From positions 21,390,001-21,454,000 of the forward strand of contig CDPCPM010000026.1 of the NCBI GenBank assembly GCA_976551045.1: a DNA stretch of 64,000 nt. The letters run 5' to 3'. Source of the DNA: Glaucostegus cemiculus. Taxonomy: Eukaryota. The position numbers and the translations under genes are program-made. A model generated the notes under the pieces. The model made no database searches. It was not told where the DNA came from and saw only the letters and a program-made list of their open reading frames with translations. This document shows positions 1-12,902 of the stretch, piece after piece. Position 1 is the stretch's first letter. The number at the start of each line of letters is the position of its first letter.

Positions 1-769
1 ACCATACTGTTTAGGTCATTTCCAATGCAACAAACTACTCAACACCAAAATGTTCATATCTATCATAAATACAGAAAGTTAGTTTTTCTTTTAAACTCAT
101 TGTTATCTCAGTTACAAGTCCTCAACACTCTTGTGTTTTGGTGGCAATGGGAGTGCTCAATTATCCCTCAGATTATACAGCAGAAGAGCTATTCTTTGTA
201 AATCCCCAGTTAAGATGTGTTTCATATTTTAACTCTTTGAATACTTTCTGCCAGTTTGGAAAAAAAAAATCTTCTTCTGGAACAAAAAAAATAAAAACAG
301 AAAAAAATAAACAAAAGAAAAATATGATTCAGAAAACAGAACAAGGTGTGAGCTATTGACCTGAGAATACAAGACATTACATTTTTTAGCTAGCCATTGG
401 TATCCGAATGCTTACATAGCAAGAAATCTAAACTGTAAATGGTGGATTGTCATCCCATAAGGTACATGCTGACATCTGCTGTGCTATCAACTTAGGACAT
501 GTTTGCACTGGGGAAATAAAGGGTTTCAGGTTCAAAGACCACTGTAATTAAATTGAGGCAGTTCATTGCTTTCTGGTTTCTGTCATTGCTCAGCTAACCA
601 TAGTACCTTCTAGCAACCAGTGTAACAGGTTTAGATGTTGCCAGCATATCAATATGAGACAACAATCCTGAAAGATTTTATTTTTTTGGTTAGAAGCTTT
701 GGAATTGCAGTTAGTCTTTTTTGAAATTGGTTTGTTTTTTTTTATTAATCATATTGTCCATCTTCAAGC
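1..769 (-). other. zfhx3: Proximal 3' UTR of zfhx3 (probably continues beyond the window start)
   Basis: Lies directly downstream of the TAA stop at 770-772 on the minus strand. It has A/U-rich tracts and no convincing ORF. Minus-strand AATAAA hexamers occur near 741-746 and 678-683, but their use is unknown. Confidence 0.8.
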
Positions 770-2319
770 TTACAATCTGAAGGTGTCCATTCCTACACTA
801 GTCAGACTACTGTCTCTGCGGCAGCTGGGGTCATTTGGACCCTCCAGCGGGCAATCCAGGCCATCTGACTTCTGGCTGAGCTCACTGTCAGACTCATCTG
901 AATAGCCGTCTGTTGGTATAGAGGTCTGAACCCCTGAGGTGCTGCATGAACTTGAGGTAACTGTTGAAGATGAGGAGAGAGAAGGTAAAGAAGAGGGCTT
1001 CCTGACTGAGGCTCGGGAAAGAATGTTAGGCCAAGATTTTATGGAGGCATGGGGGGACAGGCTGGAGGAGGGGCTGTCGTTAGAGTGAGTGGCAGACTGC
1101 GAGGTAGATGCGGTGTTAGGATCGGGGAAGCAGGCTGAGTGAGGTAATAAACTAGCGTGCTCTTTGGCGTATCTTGCTGCTCGTTTGATTGTTCTGTGTT
1201 TGTGCAAGGTTGACTCGAGATGTTGACTTAGAGCTTCATCCCCGCTCAGTGTAGTATCACAGGCCAGGCAGTGGTAGGTGCTGGTGGGGACACGAAGCAC
1301 CATCTCTTGCAGATTTATCACAGACTGACCGAAGAAACATATTGACTGCAGGTGGCTCATGGCTGTCTCTTCATCAGTGAAGACCATCTGACACTTGCGA
1401 CAGACCAACTTGTACTGCACCTTTGGAACAATGAACAGGTCAAGCGAGTCCGTACTTTTGCTTTCTGTTTGTTGTCGTTCTTCAGGTTTTGGAAGGGATG
1501 GTTCTCTGGGAGCACTGGCTTGCTCTTCTGTTTTGGTAGATTCTTTGGCGGATTCTTTGTCTGGGGAAGCTGTTAGTTGTGGGGCGGGGACTTGGCTTGG
1601 TTTAGGCTGCTGCTTTGGCTGTTGCTGCTGCAGTTGCTGCTGTTGCTGCAGCTGTTGCTGCAACTGTTGCTGGAGCTGCTGCTGCTGTTGCTGCTGCTGT
1701 TGCTGCAACTGCCTCTGTTGCTGCTGGAGGGCATCTTGTAGACTTTGCTGATATTGCTGATATTGCTGCAGCAAAGAACCTGGTGACAGCCCCATCAGAG
1801 CTTGGGACAAAGCTGGGTTGTAAGGAAAGAGACCCTCCATCCCATACATTGGTTGTAGGTATCCTCCTTGAAGGGCTCCAGGAATTTGTGGGGCATAATA
1901 TGGAGAAAAGCCTGGCACAAAGTACGGCAAGAACTGGCTGGTGAGCAGGGCAGTTGGATCAGAAGCCAGTGCAGTTTGCAAAGCCTGAAGCTGGGCTGGG
2001 TCTACCACATACTCCATGCCAGGAAGAGGTACTGATGTGCCTGTGCTGTTGTCATTTTTCTCCTTGTTCGGTGTGGGCGCAGGATCTATTTTATCTTTTT
2101 CCTTTTCTTTTGCCCTCTCGTTCTCTTTGCTTTTACGTTGTTCGGGTTGTTGTTGCTGGATAGTTGATGCTGGACGTGGAGTTGTAGTGGTAGCCTGTGT
2201 TGGGGCTTGGGATGTCAATGAAGGAGCTTGCTTGCTTGGCAGTCCAGTGGTAGGAAGGCCAGGGGAGGGTACAGTTGAAGCAGGAATGCCCAAAAGGTTA
2301 GATTTAGGAGAAGTTAAAG
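770..2319 (-). CDS. zfhx3: zfhx3 last coding exon (human exon 10 equivalent): Gln-rich region, two C-terminal zinc fingers, stop
   Basis: Acceptor tttatttttag|CT TTA ACT (AG at 2320-2321), phase 1. Translation ALTSPK...[14 protein letters not shown]...[22 protein letters not shown]...[11 protein letters not shown]...YHCLACD...HLESTLHKH...SVGMDTFRL* matches the recognisable ZFHX3 C-terminus. The N-terminal 21 aa of the ORF-track ORF are intronic. Confidence 0.96.
1619..1726 (-). repeat. Coding CAG/CAA repeat encoding a Leu-interrupted polyglutamine tract
   Basis: Translates as [36 protein letters not shown]; the plus strand reads (CTG/TTG)n. Confidence 0.95.
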
Positions 2320-4379
2320 CTAAAAATAAATAACAAACAGAAAAAATGTAAACACAGGACCACAAAATTATTGAGGAATACAAAACTACATCTTTCAGTT
2401 TTATTATACAACATTGCAGAATATTTTAAATTTTCATTGTGTATAACTTTTAATGCAGTTGGAAATCTGCAAACGCATTTATACCATTTCCAATTTTGAG
2501 CTAGCTTTCAGGGCACTGACAAAATAAATGACTACCAACAAGCTGATCAGAGCCACAATAAGAAATAGAGGTGGCTAGGTTTTATCTCAACATTTGTGCC
2601 ATTTGGTGTTTCCACAAGTAATTCATTGCTGCTCATCCTATGCAGCATATTTGATTATGCCTTTTTATTAGTGAGCAATGGTACTTAAAATGTTAACTTT
2701 TTGAAACATTATAGTCTTACAATTTCTACATTGTCCCTACATGGGGGAACAGTCTCTCATGCCTTCACTAGTTCTGTTTTGCGATGCATCCTACTGGGTA
2801 CTTCCCTGAGAAGGCCTTAGTGATATCAGGAATTCATTCTGTTGAGATCTGCTGGAAGAGAGCTTTCAAGTAATATTACGCTACCAGCTGCACACAAATT
2901 ATTGGCATCAGCAAACTCTAACTAACAGAGGCTAGTCAGTAGTTATATAAATTTAGTAGTTTAGGTTATAATCAACAGTGATATCCTGTTGTCTTTTGGA
3001 AAAATTTACATTGGATAAGTTGTTAAAATGTTAGTGAGCTCAGGAGCAAAACATTTGGTGAGAGGCTTGAACAGTGTTCTGTGCTGAATTAGTGCATCTC
3101 AAGTAGTCCCAAAAGGGTGCATACTGGAATGTGTGCATCTGAGGCATGGGAGAGCAATTGGGAAATATTCTGCTCCTGAATACCATTTAATGATGATTGC
3201 TGGAATTTTGAGTGAGTAGCTAGAATGAGCTAATCTTCAATGGGGAAATAGGGTGCCTACACAAACAATGCAGCATCACCACTGATGGATGGGCATGAAG
3301 CATTAGAAATACAGCAATGTTAATGTGGAATTTCTTTCCAGTCTCTTCAATGAGGTTTAAAACGAGTAGAAGTCAAAGGAACAAATGGTCAGTCCCGATT
3401 TTAAGCATTACAATTCTTATAAATTTGTATTGTAAATTGCAATACAAAAATAATTCAGATGACTGTGGGATATTTTGAATATATTAGCATGGCCAGGTAG
3501 GTTATGAACATAGAAAATTGGAGCCATAAACCACACAAAAATGTGAAATGGAACCTGTGAGGAGATGTAGAATAAGTGGTGGTATCTTCTGATTCATAAA
3601 ACACTACCTTCAATAGTTTGGTGGTAACTCATGTGACATTAGCATGTGATATAGCAGCATGATGTACTAGAATAGGCATAACCCAATGTGCAGAGTCTAC
3701 ATAAAGTCAAAGTGGTATATTGGGGAGACAGCCAGTAAGCTTAAAAGATACAAGACCACTGCACAGAATTTCAGTAATGGGACCCAGCTGAAGTGAACAG
3801 GACTTGCAATAGTTTGATGGAAATGAGCATCTTAGAAATAACTACCAATTCAGGTCAACAGTTGATTTAAATGCAAGTTTGAAGCTTTAAGCAAACAGCA
3901 ATCCTCATTAGTACTGCTAGAGCATCCTATGATATTCTTATGACTGATGGCACAATGAAATTCCTGCAGTCTACTTGAACCTAATAACAATCCTAATAAC
4001 CATTTCCTTGGCTACATCTGTCTTCATACCTTTGCCACTGGATTTGCAATGAATTCTGTCCCTATTTCAAATCATATACAACTACTTTTGTTTATAGTAT
4101 ATTCATAGTGCACTGAACATGGAAGGACCAACCAAATAAAGTAATTCTTTTAAGGAATGCAATGAAATGCCTTTTTCTAGAAAAAAGCCTTTTATCACAG
4201 TACACTGTAAAATATGCAGTGTAGTAACTGAAGCAATAGCAGTCCATTTTAAATGCATACAGATTGTAAGTATAATTCAGTACAACTTAAGGCAGTATTT
4301 CCTTGAATGCCATTTAGTAAAACAGTACAAAATTAATTTGTCATATTAAAAGGAGAGTAACGCCTTATCAAAAGATTTC

Positions 4380-4633
4380 TTCCTTCATGTTACTACCATC
4401 AAGGAGGAAGTACAGGAGTCTGAAGACCCACATGCAGTGTTTCAAGAACAGCTCCTTCCCCTCCGCCATCAGCTTTCTGAAGGGTCCATGAACCCATAAA
4501 CACTACCTCATTATTCCTCTTTTGTACTATTTATTTTTGTAACTTATAGTAATTTTTATGTCTTGCATTGGTACTGCAGCCACAAATGAACAAATTTCAG
4601 GACATATGTCAGTGATAATAAACCTGATTCTGA
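4380..4633 (+). mobile_element. Rex1/Babar-type LINE 3' fragment
   Basis: Encodes LLPSRRKYRSLKTHMQCFKNSSFPSAISFL, homologous to the LPSGRRYRSL..TTR.KDSFYP.VIRLLN C-terminus of the copies at 36-37 kb and 47.5-48.3 kb. Ends in an aataaacctgattctgat tail. Confidence 0.75.
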
Positions 4634-5290
4634 TATACATGTTTTTAATGAAATGGACAGTTTTTTTAAAAATAGAGTCTTTAGGTAATTTAGTTCTGGT
4701 CCAAAGAAGTGCCAATGGTCTTGATTTTATCAAATTAAAAAAAAGTTCAGTCCATATCCAGGTCTGCTATATCAAAAAGAATGAGTCTGTGGGATGGTTG
4801 AGTACTGTTTTCACAAGAGTCAACTGTTGTCAAGGTTACATGGCGGAGAGAATATTCTGTAAATACGGTTCCTACTTTAAGATGATACCTGAAGTGGTGA
4901 TCTTACTGTATCAACATGTAACAAAACTAAAAGTTGGTAATGCGTGAGAGACTCTTTTCATCTAGCAGATAGTTGGGGTGGGTTTGGAATATCTTGAGAG
5001 TGTACCTCAACCCCAACCCAAAAAAATCTCCAAATACTCCATTCTGGTGCTTTTTTGGTTGCAAAAAAATCTTAAGACTTGTATCAATTTATTATTATGC
5101 ATTTATATCCTCTGCAATTTGTGTTAACCCTGTTGTGAGCAGCCATTAGAGACAGGACACCTCATCCTATCTGTCGGGCTGGATTTGATTCCAGGTGATA
5201 CACATTAAATTTGTATGGTAGGCAAATATCAGATTGAAATCTACCAAGAAATCTGTGATATATAAACTTAAAACTATTAATGCTACCCAC

Positions 5291-8200
5291 CTGCGTTAGA
5301 TGAAGTAAAGCCAGGTAAAGATGAAGGACTGCCCACACCTGGCAGTAATACAGGCGAAATCCCTGGCAAGGTTGGGTAGGCAGTTGGAAGATTAAGAGCT
5401 TGTACTGGTGGATTATCAAACAAGCCCTGCTGCTGAAGTGTTTGCTGCTGTGTCGCCAAACCAAGAACCTCATTAGCTTTTTTAATACGGTCTAGTTCTT
5501 GTTGAGCCATTAGCCGACGGACAGTAGCAGGATCAATGTATTCAACTTCTTTGTCCAGCTGGCTTCCAATGGTCTCCTTCACTTTGGAGATATGTTGCTG
5601 AGAAAAGATATGGTCTCGTACAGATAGCCGGGCACTATACTTGATGCCACACAAAGTGCATTCTGCTTTGGGTCCTTCATAAGTAGTCTGATTAATACCA
5701 AAGTGTTTTGCCATATTCAGTTTGGATTTCTTCTCTTTAGCCCTAGCATTCTGGAACCACACTTGAACAACTCGTTTTGGCAGCCCTATTTCATTTCCTA
5801 AGACCTCGCACTCCAGCATGGTTGGTGTTCGATAATCATTAAAGCAGGATTTCAACAGTTTCAATTGGAGATTTGTCATCTGGGTGCGGAAGCGTTTCTG
5901 CCCTGGACGTTCACTGTCTGTGGTCCTTGAAACTGAGCTGCTTCCACCAGGACAGGGCGAACAGGGATCAGCAAGGCTTGATGTCTCACTGTAATCAATT
6001 GTACATTCATTTTCCATTTCCTTAGCATGATAACTAGGTGATGGACTGACCAAGCCCGATGATATCCTGTCTTCATTTTCCTGTATTGATGACTGCACCA
6101 TCTTCTGAAGACCCTCTGTTTGATAGAGGGCCTGTTTTGAGTCTGCTATTACCCCAGTTGCACTGTCATTGTCTGCATTTGCTTCATCTCCAGTTGTAGT
6201 GTCAGTAATTGCTGTGTTAACTGATGAACAATCATCATTATCAAGCCTTGTTTGGTCATAACCCAAGTTGACTGAAGAAATTGTCTGTCCATCAAATTCT
6301 TCAAGCCCTTCTACTTTGATAGATGATGGACTGAGAAGAGCTTTGGGTGAGAATTCTCCACTTTTGTTCACTGGTGAAAGACTAGCACACTGGCTGTCAC
6401 TATTTATGGATGAAAGCTGAGCATAACTGGAGCAATCCATTGAGTCAGCCTTCAATATATTTCCCCCATCGCTGTCAGTTGATAAAGCAGAAGACATGAT
6501 CAGGCTATATCCAGCACGTTTAGCTTCATGCCAGTGACGGGATCGGATGTGGGCTTCCAGTGCTGTCTTAGCTTTAAAGAGGGCTCTGCAGAATGGACAG
6601 CGCCGATGAGCTTGTGCAGGTCCAACTGCTCTAAACTGGCCCTTTCTTTCTCTAGCACGAGTGTTCTGGAACCAAACTTGAACTACTCGTTTTTTGAGGC
6701 CTACTTCGTGTGCAATATGATCCAACATTTTCCGTGTTGGGTTTGAATCAAGTAGGTATTTCTGATAGAGAATTTCTAATTGTTCTGGGGTGATAGTTGT
6801 CCTTAAACGCTTATCTCTCTGAGGCTCATCTCCGTTATTTCCACTATCGTTATCCCCAGGACTGACACTTGCCTTTTCTTCCAGTTTTCTTTTCAAGGTG
6901 TTCATAGCAGAATTTGGTGTAGAGGGTGAAGAAGAAGAGCTTGTTGGGATCTGAGGTAGAGTTCCAGAAAGTAGCTGACTGGCAAGCAGAGGATTAGTGG
7001 GGTCAAAAAGCATGAAGGGCATCTCTATTGGGCGGTCTAAGAATTGAGGATGGACAAACTGGTTTTGGCCAGACAGGAAATGGAGCTGCTGATGCTCCTG
7101 CCAAAGATCAAAGGTTGGAAATGCCAGCTTGCATTGATCACACTGGTAGTGAACCATTTGAGGAGGCAGGCTTCCAAGCTGCTGAGGTGTTGAAGTGTGA
7201 AGTGGATTTAAGGAAACGTGAGGAAGCTGAGATGGGCTAGTGATGGTTTGGGAGACAGAGCATTGTGGCTGGGACTGCTGGGGTGATGGGAGCTGTGGGG
7301 TTTTCTGCTGTGTTATTTGTGGCTTCTGATCTTGTTGCTGCTGCTGTGTCTCAGGTTTTGGTTGTAACAGCTTCTCTTGTGAATGCTGCTGCTGTGTATC
7401 AGGGGATTCAGGCTGCTTTGGTTTCTCCTCAGAAAATTCTGGGTTAGAAGGACCTTCCTCTTTCTGAGTTGAAGTGTGAGGCAGATTTCCAGAAGTTACA
7501 TTTGCTGTTGCCACTGATGATGAACCACAGACAGCTGAGGTCAAAGGAGTGCTGCAGGATGAAGTAGAGGGTCCGATCATCTCTGATGCGTCCATGGAGT
7601 CCTCTGTCTGACTGTCGTATTGACCGTCATCCTCTTCATCTTTGTAGCACAGTTTTTTTTGGTGTTTAATGAGGTCAAAGATACGTTGAAAAACCAAACT
7701 GCATTTTTTACACTGATAATTCAAATTACTTGTACGAATGTAACGGTCATTTGACAGCTCACGACGCTCCCCCTCCTTTCCTTCACCCTGATTCTCATAG
7801 TTTTTGCGTGCCTTCTGTCGTGCATTTTGAAACCAAACAACTATCACGCGAGTTGGGAGGTTTAGCAAATTTGAAAGTTGCTCAAATTCATCATCTTTTG
7901 GATAAGCATTGGCATCAAAGAAATCCTGCAAAACCCGCAGCTGATAGTCGGTAAATCTTGTCCTAGTTGATCGATTACTTCTGTAATACTCAGCCCTTGC
8001 AGGTTCTGGAGAGGATGGCTTTGAATCCACCTTAATGTCTTCAAGTGATGTAACAGGAGGGTTGTTGAAGTTGTACGGAGAGTCTTTGTTACGCTGTCGT
8101 TCTTTGAACAATGTATTTCTGAACCAGTGCTTTATCACTTTCTGTGGTAACCCTGACTTGTCAGACATTTCTTTGATTTGGTCCTCATTAGGGGAATTAT

Positions 8201-10735
8201 TGATATCAAAATACCCTCTGAGGATTTTAAGCTGTTCATCTGTGATGCGTGTCCGTGGTCGTTTATTCTGCTGTTGTTGAATTAGATTGGGGTTGAGCTG
8301 CTGTTGATAGAGCTGAGCCAGATCTGTGGGTATTGGGTCCACTGGCGTTAACTGGGAGGGCATTTGTGGTGGTAAAGACTGCAAAGGCATTGACTGCATC
8401 AAAAGAGGTGAAAAAATGGGCAAGTCCATTGGCATGGAGAGCTGAGAAATTGACACGGAGGGCTGTGGGGTTGAAATTGCAGGAGGTGTGTGAGGTGGGG
8501 CAGTAGTAGTAGTAAGATTCTGAGTTGTGGATGCTGGTGCAGGAGCAGGTGGAGGCGGTGGGGGCGGGGGTGGTGGCGGTGGTGGTTCAGGTGTTTGTGG
8601 CCTTAGAGGGTACAGTTTATCATAGTTGACTCTATACTGTTTGGCAAACTGCTCCAGTTCTTCAAATGGTAAGAACTGCTGATGCACGTGCTCTTGATGG
8701 CTCTTTAGGATTAAAATATTTGAGAATAATTTGCTGCAAGTGTCGCACTCCAGTTTATCCACCTCGTCACTCAGGCCACTTTTACTTTTCTTTTGAACTT
8801 TTTGCTTGTTTTCATTGTACTGAATAACAAGTTCAAACCCAAAGTTTTCTAGCAAGGCTTTGGTGGCATTACCACGAGCATCAGACGGAATTCGAGGAGG
8901 AAGTAAGGAGGATTCACTACCGTTCACTGCGGTTTGGTCTTTCCTATCTTTGGATTTATGTGCCTCCAAGGACATTTCCTTGGGCATCAACCCTTCATCA
9001 AATTTTTCAGAGTTTTCTTTGTCTTTATGCCCATCCTTGTCTTTGTCTTTCATAATTGCTTTTGGTTTCTTGTCCAGCTGTTGGCTATGTTGAAGGAGAG
9101 CTGTATGTTGCTGTACTAGAGAAGATTGCTGCCCTTGTTGTTGAAGCAATTGGTGTTGCAGACTCTGAGTATGGGGTTTCACATCTTCAAGCAAAGTATT
9201 TGTTCCAGGCATTGTCAATGCAGCACTACTTGCTGGTATAGTGATCTCTGGGTTCAACTGGAACTCTGTTCCCGGAATATAGAAGGGGAATAACAGCTGT
9301 TGTTGCTGGAGTTGCAATAGAGCCTCAGTGGTCATGGGAAAATGTGGTAGCAAAGCTGGATTGAATAGTTGAGGCTGAAAGAGAGCAGTTTGCTGAAGTT
9401 CTTGTTGTAGTTGGGCCTGTACCTGGGCCTGTACCTGGGCCTGAGCCTGGACTTGGGCCTGTGCTTGGACATGTGCCAGGGTCTGTGACTGCTGCTGTTG
9501 TGTCTGTTGCCGAGATGTTATCATGTCCGCTATCTTTCTTTTACTGGCATCTTTGTGTTCTAAAGATGTGGTAATGCTGCTTGCAATAGAATTGCTGACT
9601 GTAGATGTTCCAATGGAATCAGCTGTGATCTGGTTTCCACTTATTAAACCTAAACTAGAGGTAGCACTAAATGTAACACCACATCCACTGCCACTTACAC
9701 CAACATCGTTATTACCATTACTATTGCCACTTGGACTTGGACTAGATGTTGACAATCCTAAAGTAGTATTATTGTTACTAATGGTACTACTACCCACTGT
9801 GCTGCTACTGGCAGCTTCTAACTTTGCTGCTCGTGCTTTGGTCTGGTGCAACACTGAACGCATATGGATCTCTAGGGTTGAACTTTGGCTGTAGGCCACA
9901 TTGCATGTGTTACACTTAAAAGGCTTGTTATCTGGGCTGCTTGTTGGCTCAGGCTGACCAGTAGCTGATTCCTGAAGTGCTCTTTTCAACTTGTGCAGGT
10001 GGGACACAGAATTATAATGGACAAGCAAGATGTTCTTTTGTGTAAACGACTCCTTACAAACTGTGCACTTATAAGGCCGAGAGGGATCTAAGAATTTCTC
10101 CATTGTGAAATTAGGGCCTTTTCTAAATGGCAGAGCCCGTTTTGGCTCAGAGCCAGAATCTTCTTGCACAGATCCAGAGTCACTTCCAACAGGGCTTTGC
10201 TTCTCATCTGAATCACTTTCTTCATCTTTATCCTCATCTGCCCCCAAGGCTTGATCTTCACTGAGAGCTGCATCACCCAGTGCCATAACATCACCGTTGA
10301 CTCCAAGTCCACTGTACAACTGCTGAATGTCACTCTCACTCAGCTCCAGATGGCTAGTCTCCAGATGCTTTTTCAGGGCTTGAAAAGTACGGAAGCTACG
10401 CTGGCACAAACTGCACATGGTAGCAGCTCTAATGACATGATACTGAGAATGCAGTTGCAGTTTCTCAATGGTCTTGAAGGCTAGGCTACATTGATTACAG
10501 CGGTATTTGTAGACATGACGATCTGATACTGGTAGTTGGGGCCTTTTTGCATGAATCTCATTGAAATGGGCTTGAAGTGCAGTGGAAGTCTTAAATAACT
10601 GGTTACATCCTTTCTTCCAGCACAGGAACCCAGCATCATCCTTCACTAAATTCTGGTCAACAGAAGACTTTGGTTCCATGCTACGCTCTGTATTTTCCGA
10701 AGGTACACTGCTCTTTTCAGGTGGATCTGATGTTT
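5291..10735 (-). CDS. zfhx3: zfhx3 giant exon (human exon 9 equivalent, 5445 nt): many C2H2 zinc fingers and all four homeodomains
   Basis: Acceptor ttttcattag|AA ACA (AG at 10736-10737) and donor GCA G|gtgggt (GT at 5289-5290), both phase 1. Homeodomains: ~8091-8264 ([24 protein letters not shown]), ~7805-7976 ([20 protein letters not shown]), ~6641-6812 ([23 protein letters not shown]), ~5727-5897 ([23 protein letters not shown]). Zinc fingers include [24 protein letters not shown] and [12 protein letters not shown]. Confidence 0.97.
8550..8587 (-). repeat. Coding polyproline tract
   Basis: [23 protein letters not shown] in the giant exon; the plus strand is G-rich. Confidence 0.9.
9412..9478 (-). 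repeat. Coding (AQVQ/AQ)n repeat with a 12-bp unit
   Basis: Plus strand tgggcctgtacc tgggcctgtacc tgggcctg...; protein [25 protein letters not shown]. Confidence 0.85.
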
Positions 10736-12902
10736 CTAATGAAAACAAATTTAATGAGAACTATCAGTGGGTATTGTAATTTCTAGTCAGCCCACTTCTA
10801 CTTTGTTTTACTGTATGAGACATATTAATGCCATATTGAGTAAAAATTTAGATTTACATTACCATCTCTGTATTGTACTTCTGAATACCAAGATATAATA
10901 AATTACTATTTTGTTAAAGTATCTTAACTGTTTTATGGTCACTTGTATTCAATGATTTTAGAAATAGATCAAACTTATGCAAGTTACTAGAAAATCAATA
11001 AATAGAGCCAATACCCACAAAATTTTGGGATGCAGTGATGTTTCTGCTGTTTTGTCCTTTACTATTTGTACAGCCATTGAGCCAATCATATCAATATGCT
11101 TGTCTTCAATATCATACATTTCATTATAAAACCATTTATAGCACTTTTAAGATTAATTTGATTTTTCCACTGTGCTGGAATGCAGAGAAATAGTTCTTCA
11201 GCCACTTCTGAAGCACATATTGTGTTTTGAACTTTGCCAAAAATCATACTTCTTTAAGAGGCAATGCTGGATGCATAGAATCATTTTAATTGCTAAAGTA
11301 AAACTGCTGTTTTAGTTAGCACACCGAATCAACATCCAGGAGGGAAAACATTTCCAAAATAGTGGTGACTCCATAATCTGACATTTGCCAAAGGTAGGTT
11401 CTAATGAATTTACAAGCCTGGATGAACACAAATCAGGCAGCCCTTCAACTAATAAATTTATAGAAACAGCTATTGCATTTCCCACATTAAGGGGTACATT
11501 TCCAATAAGTTCATGCTATGATATACTTTGTTGCTCAAATTCACTATTGTGGACTGATTGTTTCATTTTTTTTATATTGCCATTGAGAGTCACTTCCTGC
11601 AGTCTGAATCCCAATAAAGTTATAATGAAAGATCCCACATATGATTTGTGTGGAACAAGGACTTGGCAGAAATGAAAAACATGGCATATTCAGTAGTGAA
11701 GGAGTTAAAAGGGCACAATAGAGTATGATGGTGCCCTAAACTAGAATGAAGGTGTCAAAGCTTAACTGTTGAACTGCATTGTAAAATTGAGATTAGACTG
11801 AAATTCAAAGATGTTGGATTACTGAGAATTTAAATACAAAATCATGAAAGGAAAATTGGACCTTGGTTATGTGTTTAATGTGAAATATAGTCGTGTTTAG
11901 TCCTTGAACTCTACCTCTGAAATTCAGTTCCTTTGAAATCGATTTCAAAAGGGGAGTAGAATGGGTAAGTGCAACTATATTGCATGTTCAGCCCTTGGGT
12001 CAGAGGATAAATTTCTACTCTCAGGTTTGCAAATTGGTAACTGTTGCACATAGCAATCATTCAGGATACAATAAAACCTTAAAGAAAGTACAGATTGTGG
12101 GGTTCACACTGATCAACAGATGCAAGGCTCTGCACTGACTCCAGCATAAAGGCAAATGGAGTCAAATGCTCAAAAATAAGGCAGTGGCACAAACAAACAT
12201 CACTTACCTCGCTTTTTGTAACCTGTACAAACTCTAAAACAATCAACAAGCTCTGAACAATGTACGGCTAATTTTTACAAGGGCCATAATGTAAAAGGAC
12301 TGATTTTAGGTTGGATTACCATTAGGCGCCCATCCTGTTTCTCCTCACCACTGAATAAACTTTTGGGTATGCAAATAATATTTAGTTAGCTAAATGCTGA
12401 TTCTGTATTGACATTTTCCATCCAATATCTGGACTTGTTTTTCCATACTACATTTTGCTCTACTGAATCTAAAATTTTCACTGAAGCAGGTGTATTATTG
12501 TCCACATTAATGAACAGTTAACTGATAAGACAGCCAAAAGGAAGAGTGGGAGAAAATACACCAGGATTGAGTCTTATTAACTTGCAGTTGCTTTAGAAGT
12601 AGATCTAATGCATTACTTTCAGAATACAGAATAACAATTATGGATCACCAGCTTACATTTTGTTTGTTTATGCAAGTTTGGTGGGTATGAAATGACACTT
12701 ACCCCAAGAAATGATCAATGGTTAATGTAGATCCATGAGACATTATTAATAAACAATTGAATCAATATATTTGGTCTTTACTCTGATAATCCAGTTATTT
12801 AGTTATACAGCCTGCCATATGGAAATGATGATAGTATAAGCTGCAGATTGATTTTGTATCCAACAATATATTTTGTAATAGAAGAACTTCCATCCTACAT
12901 AC

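Noticed and set aside
1395-1944. Plus-strand poly-Cys and poly-Ala ORFs
   Set aside because: These are antisense readings of the zfhx3 CAG/CAA tract, with no independent evidence of coding.
2320-2383. Hydrophobic signal-peptide-like N-terminus of the 537-aa ORF
   Set aside because: It is the translated polypyrimidine tract of the intron; the exon starts at 2319.
3040-3300. Possible ancient SINE remnant (also ~44900-45140)
   Set aside because: The similarity is too faint to assign a family or boundaries by eye.
4970-5020. Quasi-palindrome gttggggt...accccaac
   Set aside because: Only about 8 bp of pairing in low-complexity sequence, which is expected by chance.
5283-10748. 1821-aa ORF as a stand-alone intronless gene, or as zfhx4 or zfhx2
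   Set aside because: It is bounded by splice sites in phase with neighbouring exons, and the C-terminus (DTFRL) and linker sequences match ZFHX3.
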